A program made the position numbers and the translations under genes. 64,000 bases of DNA, from positions 833,814 through 897,813 of the forward strand of contig OY762933.1 of NCBI GenBank assembly GCA_963666765.1, given 5' to 3'. Of the stretch, positions 8,636 through 18,743 are shown piece after piece; position 1 is the stretch's first letter; every line of letters begins with the position of its first letter. The notes under the pieces were generated by a model, which saw nothing but the letters and a program-made list of their open reading frames with translations, was not told the origin of the DNA and made no database searches. Source of the stretch: Gammaproteobacteria bacterium. GTDB lineage: Bacteria; Pseudomonadota; Gammaproteobacteria; Steroidobacterales; Foliamicaceae.

Positions 8636-9652
8636 CTACGCCGCCTCCAGCTCCGGGCGGTAATCGCCGGTTCGGGCGAGGCCGTTGAGCCGGGCGCGCT
8701 CGCCGAACGCGCGCTGGGCATCGACCAGCTGGTCCGCCCGGCCCTGCCAGGCCGCCAGGGCCGGCGCCTGTAGCGCGCGCCCATAGGAGAACGACACCTC
8801 CCAGGGGTGAGGTCCCCGCGCGTTCATTGCGCTCAGATGCGCGGTCGCATCTTCCGCCGACTGGCCCCCGGAAAGGAAGGCGATTCCCGACACGGCGGCA
8901 GGCACATGCGCCTTCAGCGTCCTCAGGGTGGCCTCCGCCACCTCTTCCACTCCCGCCTGCGCCGGACATTCGCTGCCGGACACCACCATGTTGGGCTTGA
9001 GCACGATGCCTTCCAGCTCCACGCGGTGGCGCTCCAGCTGGTCGAAGACTTCGTCGAGCGCCGCGCCGGTTACCTGCTCGCAACGGGAAATGGGATGCGG
9101 CCCGTCCATCAGCACCTCCGGCTCCACGATAGGCACAAGGCCGGCCTCCTGGCATAGCGCCGCATAGCGCGCCAGGGCATGGGCATTGGCGTGCACGCAG
9201 CAGTCGCTGGGCGCGCCCTCGCCGATTGCGATCACCGCCCGCCACTTGGCGAAGCGGGCGCCAAGGCCGCGATATTCCGCCAGCCGTTTGCGCAGCCCGT
9301 CAAGCCCTTCCGTCACCTTTTCGCCCGGGCAGCCTGCCAGGGGCTTGGCGCCCTTGTCCACCTTGATTCCCGGGATCATGCCGCGACCGGCCAAGTATTG
9401 CGGGATCGGTTCGCCGTCCGGCATCGATTGCCTTAGGGTTTCGTCGAACAGGATCACGCCGCCGATGTACTGCTCCGCGGAAGGTGCGGAAAACAGCATG
9501 GAGCGGTAGTCGCGGCGCAGCGGCTCGGTCGATTGCACACCGATGCCGGCAAAGCGCTTGCCGATCGTGGGAGTGCTCTCGTCGGCCGCCAGAATACCCT
9601 TGCCGGGCGCTACCATGGCTTGTGCCGTTTCGCTCAAGTTCGCGTTCGTCAT
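8636..9652 (-). CDS. fba: class I fructose-bisphosphate aldolase
   Basis: MTNANLSETAQAMVAPGKGILAADESTPTIGKRF... is the typical class I FBA N-terminus. Start at internal ATG 9652 gives 338 aa. Confidence 0.88.
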   Translation of the reverse strand: MTNANLSETAQAMVAPGKGILAADESTPTIGKRFAGIGVQSTEPLRRDYRSMLFSAPSAEQYIGGVILFDETLRQSMPDGEPIPQYLAGRGMIPGIKVDKGAKPLAGCPGEKVTEGLDGLRKRLAEYRGLGARFAKWRAVIAIGEGAPSDCCVHANAHALARYAALCQEAGLVPIVEPEVLMDGPHPISRCEQVTGAALDEVFDQLERHRVELEGIVLKPNMVVSGSECPAQAGVEEVAEATLRTLKAHVPAAVSGIAFLSGGQSAEDATAHLSAMNARGPHPWEVSFSYGRALQAPALAAWQGRADQLVDAQRAFGERARLNGLARTGDYRPELEAA

Positions 9653-9797
9653 CCGCCGATTTCTCCCCTTACCATCGTCTCTGGCGTGTAGTGTATTCAT
9701 ACCCTTGCCCATCCGCCACCTCCTTTCCCCGTAGGCGATAATCCGGGTTTCCGGGAGTCCTCCACAACACCTGATTTCTGCAGCCGGAACAGTAACC

Positions 9798-11036
9798 ATG
9801 AGCATTACCGTATTTGACAATTGCCGTATATTCAACGGCCACGGACCCGAGTACATCGAAGACCATCGAGTGGTGGTTGCCGAGGGCCGGATACAGGCGC
9901 TGGAGCCGATAAGAAGCAAGCCGCCGCAAGACGCCGATATCGTCGATTGCGGCGGGCGGGTGCTGATGCCGGGGCTGATCGACTGCCATTTCCATGCCTA
10001 CGGGGTGAGCTTCAGCTTCTACGAGCTCGACCGCATGCCGCGCGAGCTGCTGGCGCAGCACGGGGCCAAGACCATGCGTGACACCCTGCATCGCGGCTTC
10101 ACCACGATTCGGGACGCGGCCGGCGCCGACATCGGCCTGTGGATGGCGCTGGAACAGGGACTGATCGAAGGGCCGCGCCTGTTCTATCCGGGCCGGGCGC
10201 TCTCGCAAACGGGCGGCCATGGCGACATGCGCCCCGGCGACCAGATCGAGGCCTCCGCCTGCGCCTGCGGCTACATGGGGAGCCTCACCGTCACCGCCGA
10301 CGGCCCGGACGAAGTGCGCAAGGCCGTTCGCGAGGAACTGCGCAAGGGCGCCCACCAGATCAAGATCTTCATATCAGGCGGCGTGGTCTCGCCCACCGAT
10401 CCGCTGTGGATGCCGCAGTTTTCCGATGAAGAGGTGCGCGCGGCCGTCGAGGAAGCGGCGAGCCGGCGCACCTACGTGATGGCGCACTGCCATACCGACG
10501 ACGGGGCCCGCCGTTGCGTGGAACTGGGCGTTCGCACCATCGAGCACGGCTCGGAGATTCTCGACGACACCGCAAAGGCCATCGTCAAGGCGGGAGCGTA
10601 CGTGGTCCCGACCCTGTCCGTAATGCACGTGATCAAGGACTACTCCGGGCAGCTTGGCCTGCCGTCAAGCAGCCACGGCAAGATTCTGCGGGTCCACGAG
10701 ACCATGCTCGCCGCGATGGAAACCTGCGCGCGCCACGGGGTCAAGCTGGGCCTGGGGTCGGACCTCCTGGGCCACGAATACATGAAGCTGCAAGGCAGGG
10801 AGTTCGCCTATCGCGGCGAGGTCCACCCACCCCTGGAAGTGCTGCGTTCGGCCACTTCCGTCAATGCCGAGATCCTGCGCGAGGAAGGCAATCTCGGCTG
10901 CATCGCTCCGAGCGCGCATGCCGACCTGCTGGTGCTGGAGGACGACCCGATGAAGGACCTGAGCCTGTTCGGTGATGCGGCCAACATGCCCATCATCATG
11001 AAGGCGGGCCGGTTCATCCGCCGCGCTCCGCTCTGA
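9798..11036 (+). CDS. amidohydrolase-family metal-dependent hydrolase
   Basis: PGLIDCHFHAY (HxH metal motif), KIFISGG and AHCH motifs of the amidohydrolase_1 superfamily. Substrate unknown. Confidence 0.75.
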   Translation: MSITVFDNCRIFNGHGPEYIEDHRVVVAEGRIQALEPIRSKPPQDADIVDCGGRVLMPGLIDCHFHAYGVSFSFYELDRMPRELLAQHGAKTMRDTLHRGFTTIRDAAGADIGLWMALEQGLIEGPRLFYPGRALSQTGGHGDMRPGDQIEASACACGYMGSLTVTADGPDEVRKAVREELRKGAHQIKIFISGGVVSPTDPLWMPQFSDEEVRAAVEEAASRRTYVMAHCHTDDGARRCVELGVRTIEHGSEILDDTAKAIVKAGAYVVPTLSVMHVIKDYSGQLGLPSSSHGKILRVHETMLAAMETCARHGVKLGLGSDLLGHEYMKLQGREFAYRGEVHPPLEVLRSATSVNAEILREEGNLGCIAPSAHADLLVLEDDPMKDLSLFGDAANMPIIMKAGRFIRRAPL

Positions 11037-11256
11037 TCCAAAACGGAAGTTCAGTCTCGCGGCTTGGATTTTGACAACGTGCAGCTCCGCCTCAGCATCT
11101 CCCTTCTGCGCGCTTCGGCATCGTCGGCCACGGCGATTCCAGGAAAGTGGCTTTCGGTTTGCATACGACAGCGCCTCGTAGCCGCACCCTGCGGGACTGA
11201 CTTCTATAAAATAGAGGCATGGACAGTCTGGGGCGGTTTTCCTGATCGGATTGAAG

Positions 11257-12657
11257 ATGCGGAGTAATAGGCGAAGCGCCGGACGCCGCAACGGCCTGCT
11301 TTTGCTATTGACGTTGTCGGCTCTATGCCTGCAAGGGGCGGATGCCCAGGAGCCGGTTCGCGCTTACCTGATGACGAGCACGGCAGCAAGTCCTTTAGGG
11401 CCTGTGGTGGAACTGCATATCATCAACACGTCCGATTTCGATTTGCGATTTACCGGGACGTTGTATGACGCTCAGGGCATGCAACTAGGCGAGGCGGGCA
11501 AAGCCTTGAGCGAATTGCCCATAAATGCAAATGCCCGCTTGATTCTTACATCCAGGGAACTGGAGCAACGCTTCATGATTGGCGCCTGGGTTCAGCCGGC
11601 AATGCTGGAGATCATGGCCGATGTTGACGGTGCGCCCTTTGTGGCGATGGTGAAGCTGCGCAGCAGGCCGGGCGCATCGATGAGCAACGTCAACTGCGTT
11701 ACCGAAAACTCGGTGCATAACATCGCAGGCTTCAATCAGCCGGATCAAACATTCGTTCGCTTTATCAATACGGGCCCCGAGGCGATCTCCGACGTGCGCG
11801 GCACACTGCGTGACGCCAACGGCAACCTCGTTGGGCTGGCCGATCGCGTGTTGTTTGACTCACTGGGAGCAAAGGTTCACACGTGGATCAGCGGACAGGA
11901 GCTGGCCACGCTGGTTGGCGGAGCGTGGGACGGGCAGGCTAGTTTGTACGTGTCCCGTCATTTCGGATTGAAATTGATGAACATGAATCTGTCGGCCAGC
12001 GGAACGTTCGACAATTTTTCCTGTCACGAGCAGGCGTTCGATCAGAATCGTTTTGCGTCAAGCGCCAGCTATACGGTTACATTCACCGCTCGGTGGACCG
12101 ATAGAGATCACGGCTTTGTGCCCGCCTCAGCCCACTTCACCACGCTGGTGGGCGCGGCAACGAACAAGCGTGCGAATCTGTGGGCGCCAGGAGAACTGGC
12201 GAGCCTGGGCCTGGAGAATGTGGCGGAGTTGGGTAGTACCGGGCAGTTCCTCAACGAGATTGACGCTGCCGTGGCGAGCATGACCGCGGCAGCAGCGGTG
12301 ACGGCCGGCGGCACCGGCAGCACGGGCACGAGTTCTTTCGATTTGAGTCTGAACCGGGACATGCCGCTGTTCACCTTCGCCAGCATGGTGGCGCCAAGCC
12401 CGGACTGGTTTGTCGGCTTGAGCGCATTCTCGCTGCTCGACCACCAGGGCGGCTGGATCAAGGACACGGGGCACATGAATCTCGCGGTTTGGGACGCAGG
12501 AACGGAAACCGGCAACCAGTTCAGCCTCAACGGCACGGCAACCAATCCGCCCCAGTCCATTGAGCGGCTGACCGCGACAGTCGGCGACGTGGAAATCGTC
12601 AACGGCGTCGTAAACGGCGCGTACCTGGCCAGCATTCGCTTACAGCGCAATCCCTGA
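11257..12657 (+). CDS. secreted protein with C-terminal spondin_N-like domain
   Basis: Signal peptide (LSALCLQGADA/QE). The C-terminal ~200 aa (YTVTFTARWT...AHFTTLVGA...PSPDWFVGL...WDAGTE) match the bacterial spondin_N pattern. The N-terminal ~260 aa are unassigned. ATG 11257 preferred over TTG 11251. Confidence 0.6.
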   Translation: MRSNRRSAGRRNGLLLLLTLSALCLQGADAQEPVRAYLMTSTAASPLGPVVELHIINTSDFDLRFTGTLYDAQGMQLGEAGKALSELPINANARLILTSRELEQRFMIGAWVQPAMLEIMADVDGAPFVAMVKLRSRPGASMSNVNCVTENSVHNIAGFNQPDQTFVRFINTGPEAISDVRGTLRDANGNLVGLADRVLFDSLGAKVHTWISGQELATLVGGAWDGQASLYVSRHFGLKLMNMNLSASGTFDNFSCHEQAFDQNRFASSASYTVTFTARWTDRDHGFVPASAHFTTLVGAATNKRANLWAPGELASLGLENVAELGSTGQFLNEIDAAVASMTAAAAVTAGGTGSTGTSSFDLSLNRDMPLFTFASMVAPSPDWFVGLSAFSLLDHQGGWIKDTGHMNLAVWDAGTETGNQFSLNGTATNPPQSIERLTATVGDVEIVNGVVNGAYLASIRLQRNP

Positions 12658-12818
12658 AGCCACCCTCAGCGGCCTGCGCCGAAAATTTCTTCAGGAGCGG
12701 GCAGGCCGTGTTCCGGCAGCCGTTATGCGTAGAGTAGAAGATGGTTTGCGGCTGGTACTTTCCTTAACGCCTCGCCCCCGGGGCCAAGACTCCTGGGTCT
12801 GCTTGCTCTTGTGATTCT

Positions 12819-12833
12819 GGACTAAAATAGTCC
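12819..12833. promoter_or_regulatory. putative Rrf2-family operator overlapping a -10-like TAAAAT
   Basis: Perfect inverted repeat GGACTA-AAA-TAGTCC located 22 nt upstream of the Rrf2 regulator start. TAAAAT at 12823-12828. Confidence 0.5.
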
Positions 12834-12854
12834 TGTTTGAATTGGAGCTTGAGG

Positions 12855-13313
12855 ATGCTGAAAGTCAGCAGGCTTACCGACTATGGGACCATGATCCTGG
12901 GTTGTCTGGCGCAGGCGGACGGGGAATCACTGTCCGCCAAGCGAATCGCCCAGGCTACGGGGCTGCGGCTGCCCACCGCGCAGAAGCTGCTTAAGCAATT
13001 GAAAGTGCGCGGCCTGGTGCAGTCGGAACGCGGCGCCCTGGGTGGCTACCGTCTGGCGCGCACGGCTGCCGAAATCAACGCGATGGAGATTCTCGAAGCG
13101 CTGGAGGGGCCAATGGCGCTCACCGAATGCAGCCACTCCGAGGGCCAGTGCGAGCTGGAGTCGTTCTGCAGCGTAGGCGGAGCGTGGCGTCAGATCAATC
13201 AGGCGATTCGCGGGGCGCTTACGGAAGTGACGCTCTCCGATCTGCGGCGCTCAGCCCCTGGTTTTCGCACGCCGAGGCTGGCGGCCGACCTCACGGCGAG
13301 GATGGGACGATGA
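12855..13313 (+). CDS. Rrf2-family transcriptional regulator heading the suf operon (IscR/SufR-like)
   Basis: [19 protein letters not shown]... Rrf2 wHTH. Cys-rich C-terminal part ([14 protein letters not shown]) suggests an Fe-S ligand set. Stop overlaps the sufB start (ATGA). Confidence 0.85.
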   Translation: MLKVSRLTDYGTMILGCLAQADGESLSAKRIAQATGLRLPTAQKLLKQLKVRGLVQSERGALGGYRLARTAAEINAMEILEALEGPMALTECSHSEGQCELESFCSVGGAWRQINQAIRGALTEVTLSDLRRSAPGFRTPRLAADLTARMGR

Positions 13314-14767
13314 GCCCGGCGGCTGGCCGCAACCCCCAGATCGAGGAACTTCTGCAGCGGAAGTACCGCCACGGCTTCGTTACCGACATCGAGTCCGACA
13401 CCCTGCCGCCAGGGCTGGATGAGGACGTTATTCGCATTATTTCCGCGCGCAAGGATGAGCCGGAGTTCTTGCTGGACTGGCGGTTGCGCGCCTTCCGCTA
13501 CTGGCGCGAAGCTGTCGAACCTTCCTGGGCCAAGCTCAATATTCCGCCCATCGATTACCAGTCGATATCCTATTACTCCGCGCCGGGGTTGGCGAAAGAT
13601 GCGCCCAGGAGTCTGGACGAAGTGGACCCTCGCCTTCTGGAAACCTATGACAAGCTTGGCATTCCGCTGCATGAACGGGCCCGCCTTGCGGGAGTGGCGG
13701 TGGATGCCGTATTCGACAGTGTTTCGGTGGCCACGACCTTCAAGAGCCGCCTGGCCGAAGCCGGGGTGATCTTCTGCCCGTTCTCCGAGGCCGTGCGCGA
13801 ACACCCGGAACTGGTGCGCAAGTACCTGGGCAGCGTGGTGCCGTACCGCGACAACTACTTCGCGGCGCTGAACTCGGCCGTGTTCACCGACGGTTCGTTC
13901 GTCTACATTCCGAAGAACACCCGCTGCCCGATGGAGCTCTCGACGTACTTCCGCATCAACGAGCAAAACACGGGCCAGTTCGAACGCACCCTGATTGTCG
14001 CCGACGAAGGCAGCGAAGTCAGCTATCTGGAGGGCTGCACCGCGCCGATGCGCGACGAGAACCAGCTGCATGCCGCGGTCGTGGAACTGGTGGCGCTCAA
14101 GGACGCCCGGATCAAGTATTCGACCGTCCAGAACTGGTATCCCGGCGATGAAGAGGGACGTGGCGGAATCTACAATTTCGTCACGAAACGGGGCGATTGC
14201 CGCGGCGAGAATTCCGCGATTTCCTGGACCCAGGTGGAAGCGGGCTCGGCGATCACCTGGAAATACCCGAGCTGCATCCTGCGCGGCGACAACTCCACCG
14301 GCGAGTTCTACTCGGTGGCCGTGACCAATAACTTCCAGCAGGCCGACACCGGTACCAAGATGATCCACATCGGCCGCAACACCAGCAGCAACATCCTGAG
14401 CAAGGGCATCTCGGCGGGCCGGGCGCAGAACACCTACCGCGGGCTCGTGAAAGTGTTCCCGCGGGCCGAGGGTGCGCGCAACCGCACCCAGTGCGACTCG
14501 CTGCTGATCGGACACGACTGCGGCGCCCACACCTTCCCGCACATGGACATCGCGCACCCGCGGGCGGTAGTGGAGCATGAAGCCACCACCTCGCGGATCT
14601 CCGAAGACCAGTTGTTCTATTGCCGCCAGCGCGGCCTGGACGAGGAAGACGCCGTCAACCTGATCGTCAACGGTTTCTGCAAGCAGGTTTTCAACATGCT
14701 GCCGATGGAATTCGCGGTGGAGGCCCAGGCGCTGATGAACGTCAGCCTGGAAGGAGCGATCGGATGA
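13310..14767 (+). CDS. sufB: Fe-S cluster assembly scaffold SufB
   Basis: Strong SufB similarity throughout (e.g. [30 protein letters not shown]). Start at ATG 13310. Confidence 0.95.
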   Translation: MSPAAGRNPQIEELLQRKYRHGFVTDIESDTLPPGLDEDVIRIISARKDEPEFLLDWRLRAFRYWREAVEPSWAKLNIPPIDYQSISYYSAPGLAKDAPRSLDEVDPRLLETYDKLGIPLHERARLAGVAVDAVFDSVSVATTFKSRLAEAGVIFCPFSEAVREHPELVRKYLGSVVPYRDNYFAALNSAVFTDGSFVYIPKNTRCPMELSTYFRINEQNTGQFERTLIVADEGSEVSYLEGCTAPMRDENQLHAAVVELVALKDARIKYSTVQNWYPGDEEGRGGIYNFVTKRGDCRGENSAISWTQVEAGSAITWKYPSCILRGDNSTGEFYSVAVTNNFQQADTGTKMIHIGRNTSSNILSKGISAGRAQNTYRGLVKVFPRAEGARNRTQCDSLLIGHDCGAHTFPHMDIAHPRAVVEHEATTSRISEDQLFYCRQRGLDEEDAVNLIVNGFCKQVFNMLPMEFAVEAQALMNVSLEGAIG

Positions 14768-15525
14768 ACGCCCCGCTGCTGGACATTCGCGAACTCAGAG
14801 TCCGCGTCGAGCAAAAGGAAATCTTGAGCGGTCTTTCGCTTGAAGTGCGGGCCGGCGAAGTGCACGCCATCATGGGACCGAACGGCGCCGGCAAGAGCAC
14901 ACTGGCGCAGACGCTGGCGGGCCGCGACGGCTACGAGGTCACCGGCGGCAGCGTGCTGATGGAAGGCGAGGATCTGCTGGAAATGAGCCCGGAGGAACGG
15001 GCCTGCAAGGGGCTTTTCCTCGGTTTTCAGTACCCGGTGGAGATACCGGGCGTGAGCAATATGTACCTGCTGCGTTCGGCCGTGAACGCGCAGCGCAAGG
15101 CAGCGGGACAGGAGGAAATCAATGCCGCGGCCTTTCTCAAGCAGGCCCGCGGGGAAGCGGCCCGTCTCAAGCTGAAGCCGGAATTGCTCAAGCGCGGCGT
15201 CAACGAAGGCTTTTCCGGCGGCGAAAAGAAGCGCAATGAGATCCTGCAACTTGCCGTTCTGCAGCCCAGGCTGGCGGTGCTGGACGAGACTGACTCGGGG
15301 CTGGACATCGATGCGCTCAAGGTAGTGGCGGCAGGCATCCGCGCGCTGCGGGACGGACAACGAGCCTTCGTTCTGATCACGCACTACGAACGAATCCTGA
15401 ACCTGGTATCGCCGGACCGGGTGCATGTGCTGGCGGGAGGACGAATCGCCCGTTCCGGAGGGGCCGAACTTGTGAGCGAACTGGAGGCTTCCGGATACGA
15501 AGCCTTCCTGCCGGAAGCGGCATGA
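14764..15525 (+). CDS. sufC: Fe-S cluster assembly ATPase SufC
   Basis: Walker [13 protein letters not shown] signature FSGGEKKR, Walker [17 protein letters not shown] overlap with sufB. Confidence 0.95.
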   Translation: MNAPLLDIRELRVRVEQKEILSGLSLEVRAGEVHAIMGPNGAGKSTLAQTLAGRDGYEVTGGSVLMEGEDLLEMSPEERACKGLFLGFQYPVEIPGVSNMYLLRSAVNAQRKAAGQEEINAAAFLKQARGEAARLKLKPELLKRGVNEGFSGGEKKRNEILQLAVLQPRLAVLDETDSGLDIDALKVVAAGIRALRDGQRAFVLITHYERILNLVSPDRVHVLAGGRIARSGGAELVSELEASGYEAFLPEAA

Positions 15526-16385
15526 CCCAGGCATTGTCGGAAATCGTCGTCGCCGCCGGCGAAAGGCGCTCGGAAGTGCTCCGCATCGATCATCGGCAGG
15601 GAGAGCGGCAGACGCAGATCTTGCGCATACGGCTTGAGCCCGGCGCCGGCCTTGAGTTGCAGGAACTTCACCAGGGCAGTGGCCGCTGCGATGTACGGCT
15701 GGAGGTGGAGCTGGAACTTGGCAGCGGCGCCAGAATGCGCCACGCGGCCGTAGTGGACGATGCCGGAGAAGGGCATTTCGAAATCTACCGCCAGGTGCGC
15801 CTGGCCGATGATGCCCAATTGGATTACGCCCGCGTGGGATCCGGCGCCGCCAGCGACCGCGAGTACCTGCGCACCCGCATGGAGGGCGCCCGCGCCCGGT
15901 TCCGGCACAAGGCGCTGATGATGATGGATGGAGGCCGGCGGGCCGAACTGGACATGGAAATCGCCCACCATGCAAGAAACGCCGAGAGCGACAGCCTCTG
16001 CCGCTGCGTGCTGGGCCCCGGAGGCAATGGCCGCTTTGCGGGAAAGATCCTGATCGTGCCGGAAGGCCAGGGAGCCGACGCCCGGCTGCGGAATGACAAC
16101 CTGCTGCTGGACGAATCGGCCCAAATGGAAACCCGCCCGGAACTCGAGGTATACGCCGACGAAGTGCAATGCGCCCACGGCGCGGCCACCGGCGCCCTGG
16201 ACGAGGCCGCCCTGTTCTACCTCAGGACCCGCGGCATGTCGCCGGACCAGGCCCGGGCGATGCTGGTGCGGGCCTTTGCGTCGCGCATTACCGCAGCCAT
16301 CGATTTCCCCGAAGCCGCAAGAATGGCCGGCGGCATGCTCGACCGGGATCTGAACGACGCCACTCCACTCGAGCTGGCCGCCTGA
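15522..16385 (+). CDS. sufD: Fe-S cluster assembly protein SufD (short form, 287 aa)
   Basis: Conserved C-terminal SufD core (ELEVYADEVQCAHGAATGALDEAALFYLRTRG). ATGA overlap with sufC. Lacks about 130 aa relative to E. coli SufD. Confidence 0.85.
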   Translation: MTQALSEIVVAAGERRSEVLRIDHRQGERQTQILRIRLEPGAGLELQELHQGSGRCDVRLEVELELGSGARMRHAAVVDDAGEGHFEIYRQVRLADDAQLDYARVGSGAASDREYLRTRMEGARARFRHKALMMMDGGRRAELDMEIAHHARNAESDSLCRCVLGPGGNGRFAGKILIVPEGQGADARLRNDNLLLDESAQMETRPELEVYADEVQCAHGAATGALDEAALFYLRTRGMSPDQARAMLVRAFASRITAAIDFPEAARMAGGMLDRDLNDATPLELAA

Positions 16386-16390
16386 AAACG

Positions 16391-17644
16391 ATGAGCCGCG
16401 TTACCGCCCAACTCGCCGAAGTCCAGGCGCCGCTGTCGGCCGAAAGCCTGCGCGCCGACTTCCCCAGCCTGGCTACCCGTGTGCACGACAAGCCGCTGGC
16501 CTACCTTGACAACGCCGCCTCCACCCAGCGGCCGCAGCCGGTAATGGACGCCCTGACCGAATACGAGGTCGAAATGCACGCCAACGTGCACCGCGGCGTG
16601 CATGCACGCTCGGACCGGGCCACGGCCGCTTTCGAGGGGGCGCGGGAGCGTGCCCGGGCCTGGCTGAACGCCGCCTCCGGCGATGAACTGGTTTTTACCC
16701 GCGGAGCCACCGAATCGATCAACCTGGTGGCGCGATGCCTGGACGACCGCATGGATTCCGGCTCGGAGATCCTGTTGACCGGCATGGAGCACCATTCCAA
16801 TATCGTGCCCTGGCAGCAGCTTTGCCAACGCACCGGCGCGCGTCTGAAGGTCGCACCGGTACTGGACTCGGGAGCGCTGGATATGGACGCCTTCCGTGGC
16901 CTTGTCGGCCCGCGGCTCGGCCTGATCGCAGTGACCCACGTATCGAACGCGATGGGCGTGATCAACCCGGTGGACGACATCTGCCGCATGGCCCGACAGG
17001 CGGGCGTTCCCGTCCTGATCGACGGCGCCCAGGCGGCGGGCCACATTCCACTGGACGTGCAGGCGCTGGGCTGCGATTTCTATGCGTTCTCCGGCCACAA
17101 GATGTACGCGCCCACCGGCATCGGGGCGCTCTACGCACGCGCTCCGTGGCTGGACGACCTGCCGCCGTTCCTGGGCGGCGGCGAGATGATCCTGGAAGTG
17201 CGTTTCGACGGCGCCACCTACAACACGCCGCCGCACAAGTTCGAGGCCGGAACACCCAATATTGGCGGCGCAATCGCGCTGGGCGCAGCCATGGACTACC
17301 TGGCCGGCCGCGGACTTTCCCGTCTTGCGGCGCTGGAGCATGAGCTGCTGGAATACGCCACCGAGCGCCTGCTGGACGTCCCCGGCCTTCGGATCATCGG
17401 CACGGCGTCCCCCAAGTCTGCCGTGATTTCATTCGTGATCGACGGCATCCATCCGCACGATCTCGGGACGGTGCTGGATCACGAGGGCGTTGCGATTCGG
17501 GCCGGTCACCACTGTGCGATGCCGCTGATGGACCGCTTCGGCGTGCCGGGCACGGCGCGCGCTTCGTTTGCCTTTTACAACACACTTGAAGAGGTGGACC
17601 GGCTTGTGAGCGGAATCGGCGCCGCGCGCAAACTGTTCGCTTAG
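16391..17644 (+). CDS. sufS: cysteine desulfurase SufS (group II)
   Basis: YLDNAASTQ, HSNIVPWQ, SGHKMYAPTGIG (PLP lysine) and RAGHHCA (active-site Cys) motifs. Start at ATG 16391. Confidence 0.93.
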   Translation: MSRVTAQLAEVQAPLSAESLRADFPSLATRVHDKPLAYLDNAASTQRPQPVMDALTEYEVEMHANVHRGVHARSDRATAAFEGARERARAWLNAASGDELVFTRGATESINLVARCLDDRMDSGSEILLTGMEHHSNIVPWQQLCQRTGARLKVAPVLDSGALDMDAFRGLVGPRLGLIAVTHVSNAMGVINPVDDICRMARQAGVPVLIDGAQAAGHIPLDVQALGCDFYAFSGHKMYAPTGIGALYARAPWLDDLPPFLGGGEMILEVRFDGATYNTPPHKFEAGTPNIGGAIALGAAMDYLAGRGLSRLAALEHELLEYATERLLDVPGLRIIGTASPKSAVISFVIDGIHPHDLGTVLDHEGVAIRAGHHCAMPLMDRFGVPGTARASFAFYNTLEEVDRLVSGIGAARKLFA

Positions 17645-17647
17645 GGC

Positions 17648-18109
17648 ATGGGTGAAGAGCTGCAAAGCCTCTATCAGCGAACGGTGCTGGAGCACTGCCG
17701 CTCGCCGTGCAACTTTCACGCCATGGACCGGCCTGACCGGGTGGCCGAAGGTTTCAATCCCCTGTGCGGCGACAAGGTGACCGTATATTTGCGCGTCGGG
17801 AGAGAGGGCCGCCCGGCGTCCATTGCGGGAATCAGCTTCGAGGCCGCCGCCTGCGCCATCTGCCTGGCTTCGGCTTCCATGATGACGGAACTGCTCGGCG
17901 GCGAAGACGCGCGTGAAGCGAGGCAGCAGGCCGAAAAGGTCCTGGAGGCTTTCAAACCCGAAGCGGAGAACGGCCTGGCGGACCTCGGCGAAATCGTCGC
18001 CCTGGGCAGCGTCCGCGCCTACCCCTCCCGGATTCGCTGCGTCACGCTCCCGTGGCGAACTTTCACGGCCGCGCTGGATCGCGACGCGAATACCGTGAGC
18101 ACCGAGTAA
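17648..18109 (+). CDS. sufU: SufU/IscU-like (NifU N-terminal family) sulfur-transfer/scaffold protein
   Basis: NPLCGD...AACAICLASASMM...three-Cys pattern typical of SufU-type proteins. Starts 3 nt after the sufS stop. Confidence 0.8.
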   Translation: MGEELQSLYQRTVLEHCRSPCNFHAMDRPDRVAEGFNPLCGDKVTVYLRVGREGRPASIAGISFEAAACAICLASASMMTELLGGEDAREARQQAEKVLEAFKPEAENGLADLGEIVALGSVRAYPSRIRCVTLPWRTFTAALDRDANTVSTE

Positions 18110-18114
18110 ACGCC

Positions 18115-18666
18115 ATGTTCGGAAACCAGAGCGAGCCCGTCACGCTGACCCGCAACTGCAAGGCCGTCATCATTCCGGCGGGCGAGGAGGCGCAACTGAA
18201 CGCCGGACAGCTGGTATTCATCACCCAGTCGCTGGGCGGCAGTTTCACCGTTTATGTGGACGGCTGGCTTTACCGCATTGCCGGCGCCGATGCCGATGCG
18301 CTCGGCAAGAAGCCGCCCGAACCGCCCAGACTGCCTGCGGGCGCGGGCGATGCCGACGTGGAAGCAGTGGTGTGGGAGCAGATGAAGACCTGCTACGACC
18401 CGGAAATCCCGGTCAACATCGTCGACCTCGGACTCGTGTATCTCTGCGAAGTCAAGCGCCGCGCCGACGGCAAGCGCGACGTGGCCGTGGAAATGACGCT
18501 TACCGCCCCCGGCTGCGGCATGGGCGAAATCCTGGTGGAGGATGTGCGCGAGAAGATCGCCATCATCCCCACCATCAACGAGGTCGCCGTAGAGCTAGTC
18601 TTCGCCCCCCCCTGGAACCAGAGCATGATGTCCGAGGCCGCCCAACTGGAGGCCGGCCTGATGTAG
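18115..18666 (+). CDS. sufT: SufT-like Fe-S assembly protein (DUF59/MIP18 C-terminal domain)
   Basis: C-terminal YDPEIPVNIVDLGLVY...TLTAPGCGMG DUF59 motif. Start at internal ATG 18115. Confidence 0.75.
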   Translation: MFGNQSEPVTLTRNCKAVIIPAGEEAQLNAGQLVFITQSLGGSFTVYVDGWLYRIAGADADALGKKPPEPPRLPAGAGDADVEAVVWEQMKTCYDPEIPVNIVDLGLVYLCEVKRRADGKRDVAVEMTLTAPGCGMGEILVEDVREKIAIIPTINEVAVELVFAPPWNQSMMSEAAQLEAGLM

Positions 18667-18743
18667 CCCCGCGCATCCCGCTAACCTGCACGGGCTGAAG
18701 CAACGTAAAACTGGTCACAGTTTCCCGAATTACAATTGTCGCA

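Noticed and set aside
11190-11215. TCTATAAAATAGA dyad upstream of the spondin-domain gene as a second Rrf2-type operator (shares TAAAATAG with 12819-12833)
   Set aside because: It has only 5-bp arms and the similarity is confined to an AT-rich -10-like core. This is insufficient to claim a shared regulator.
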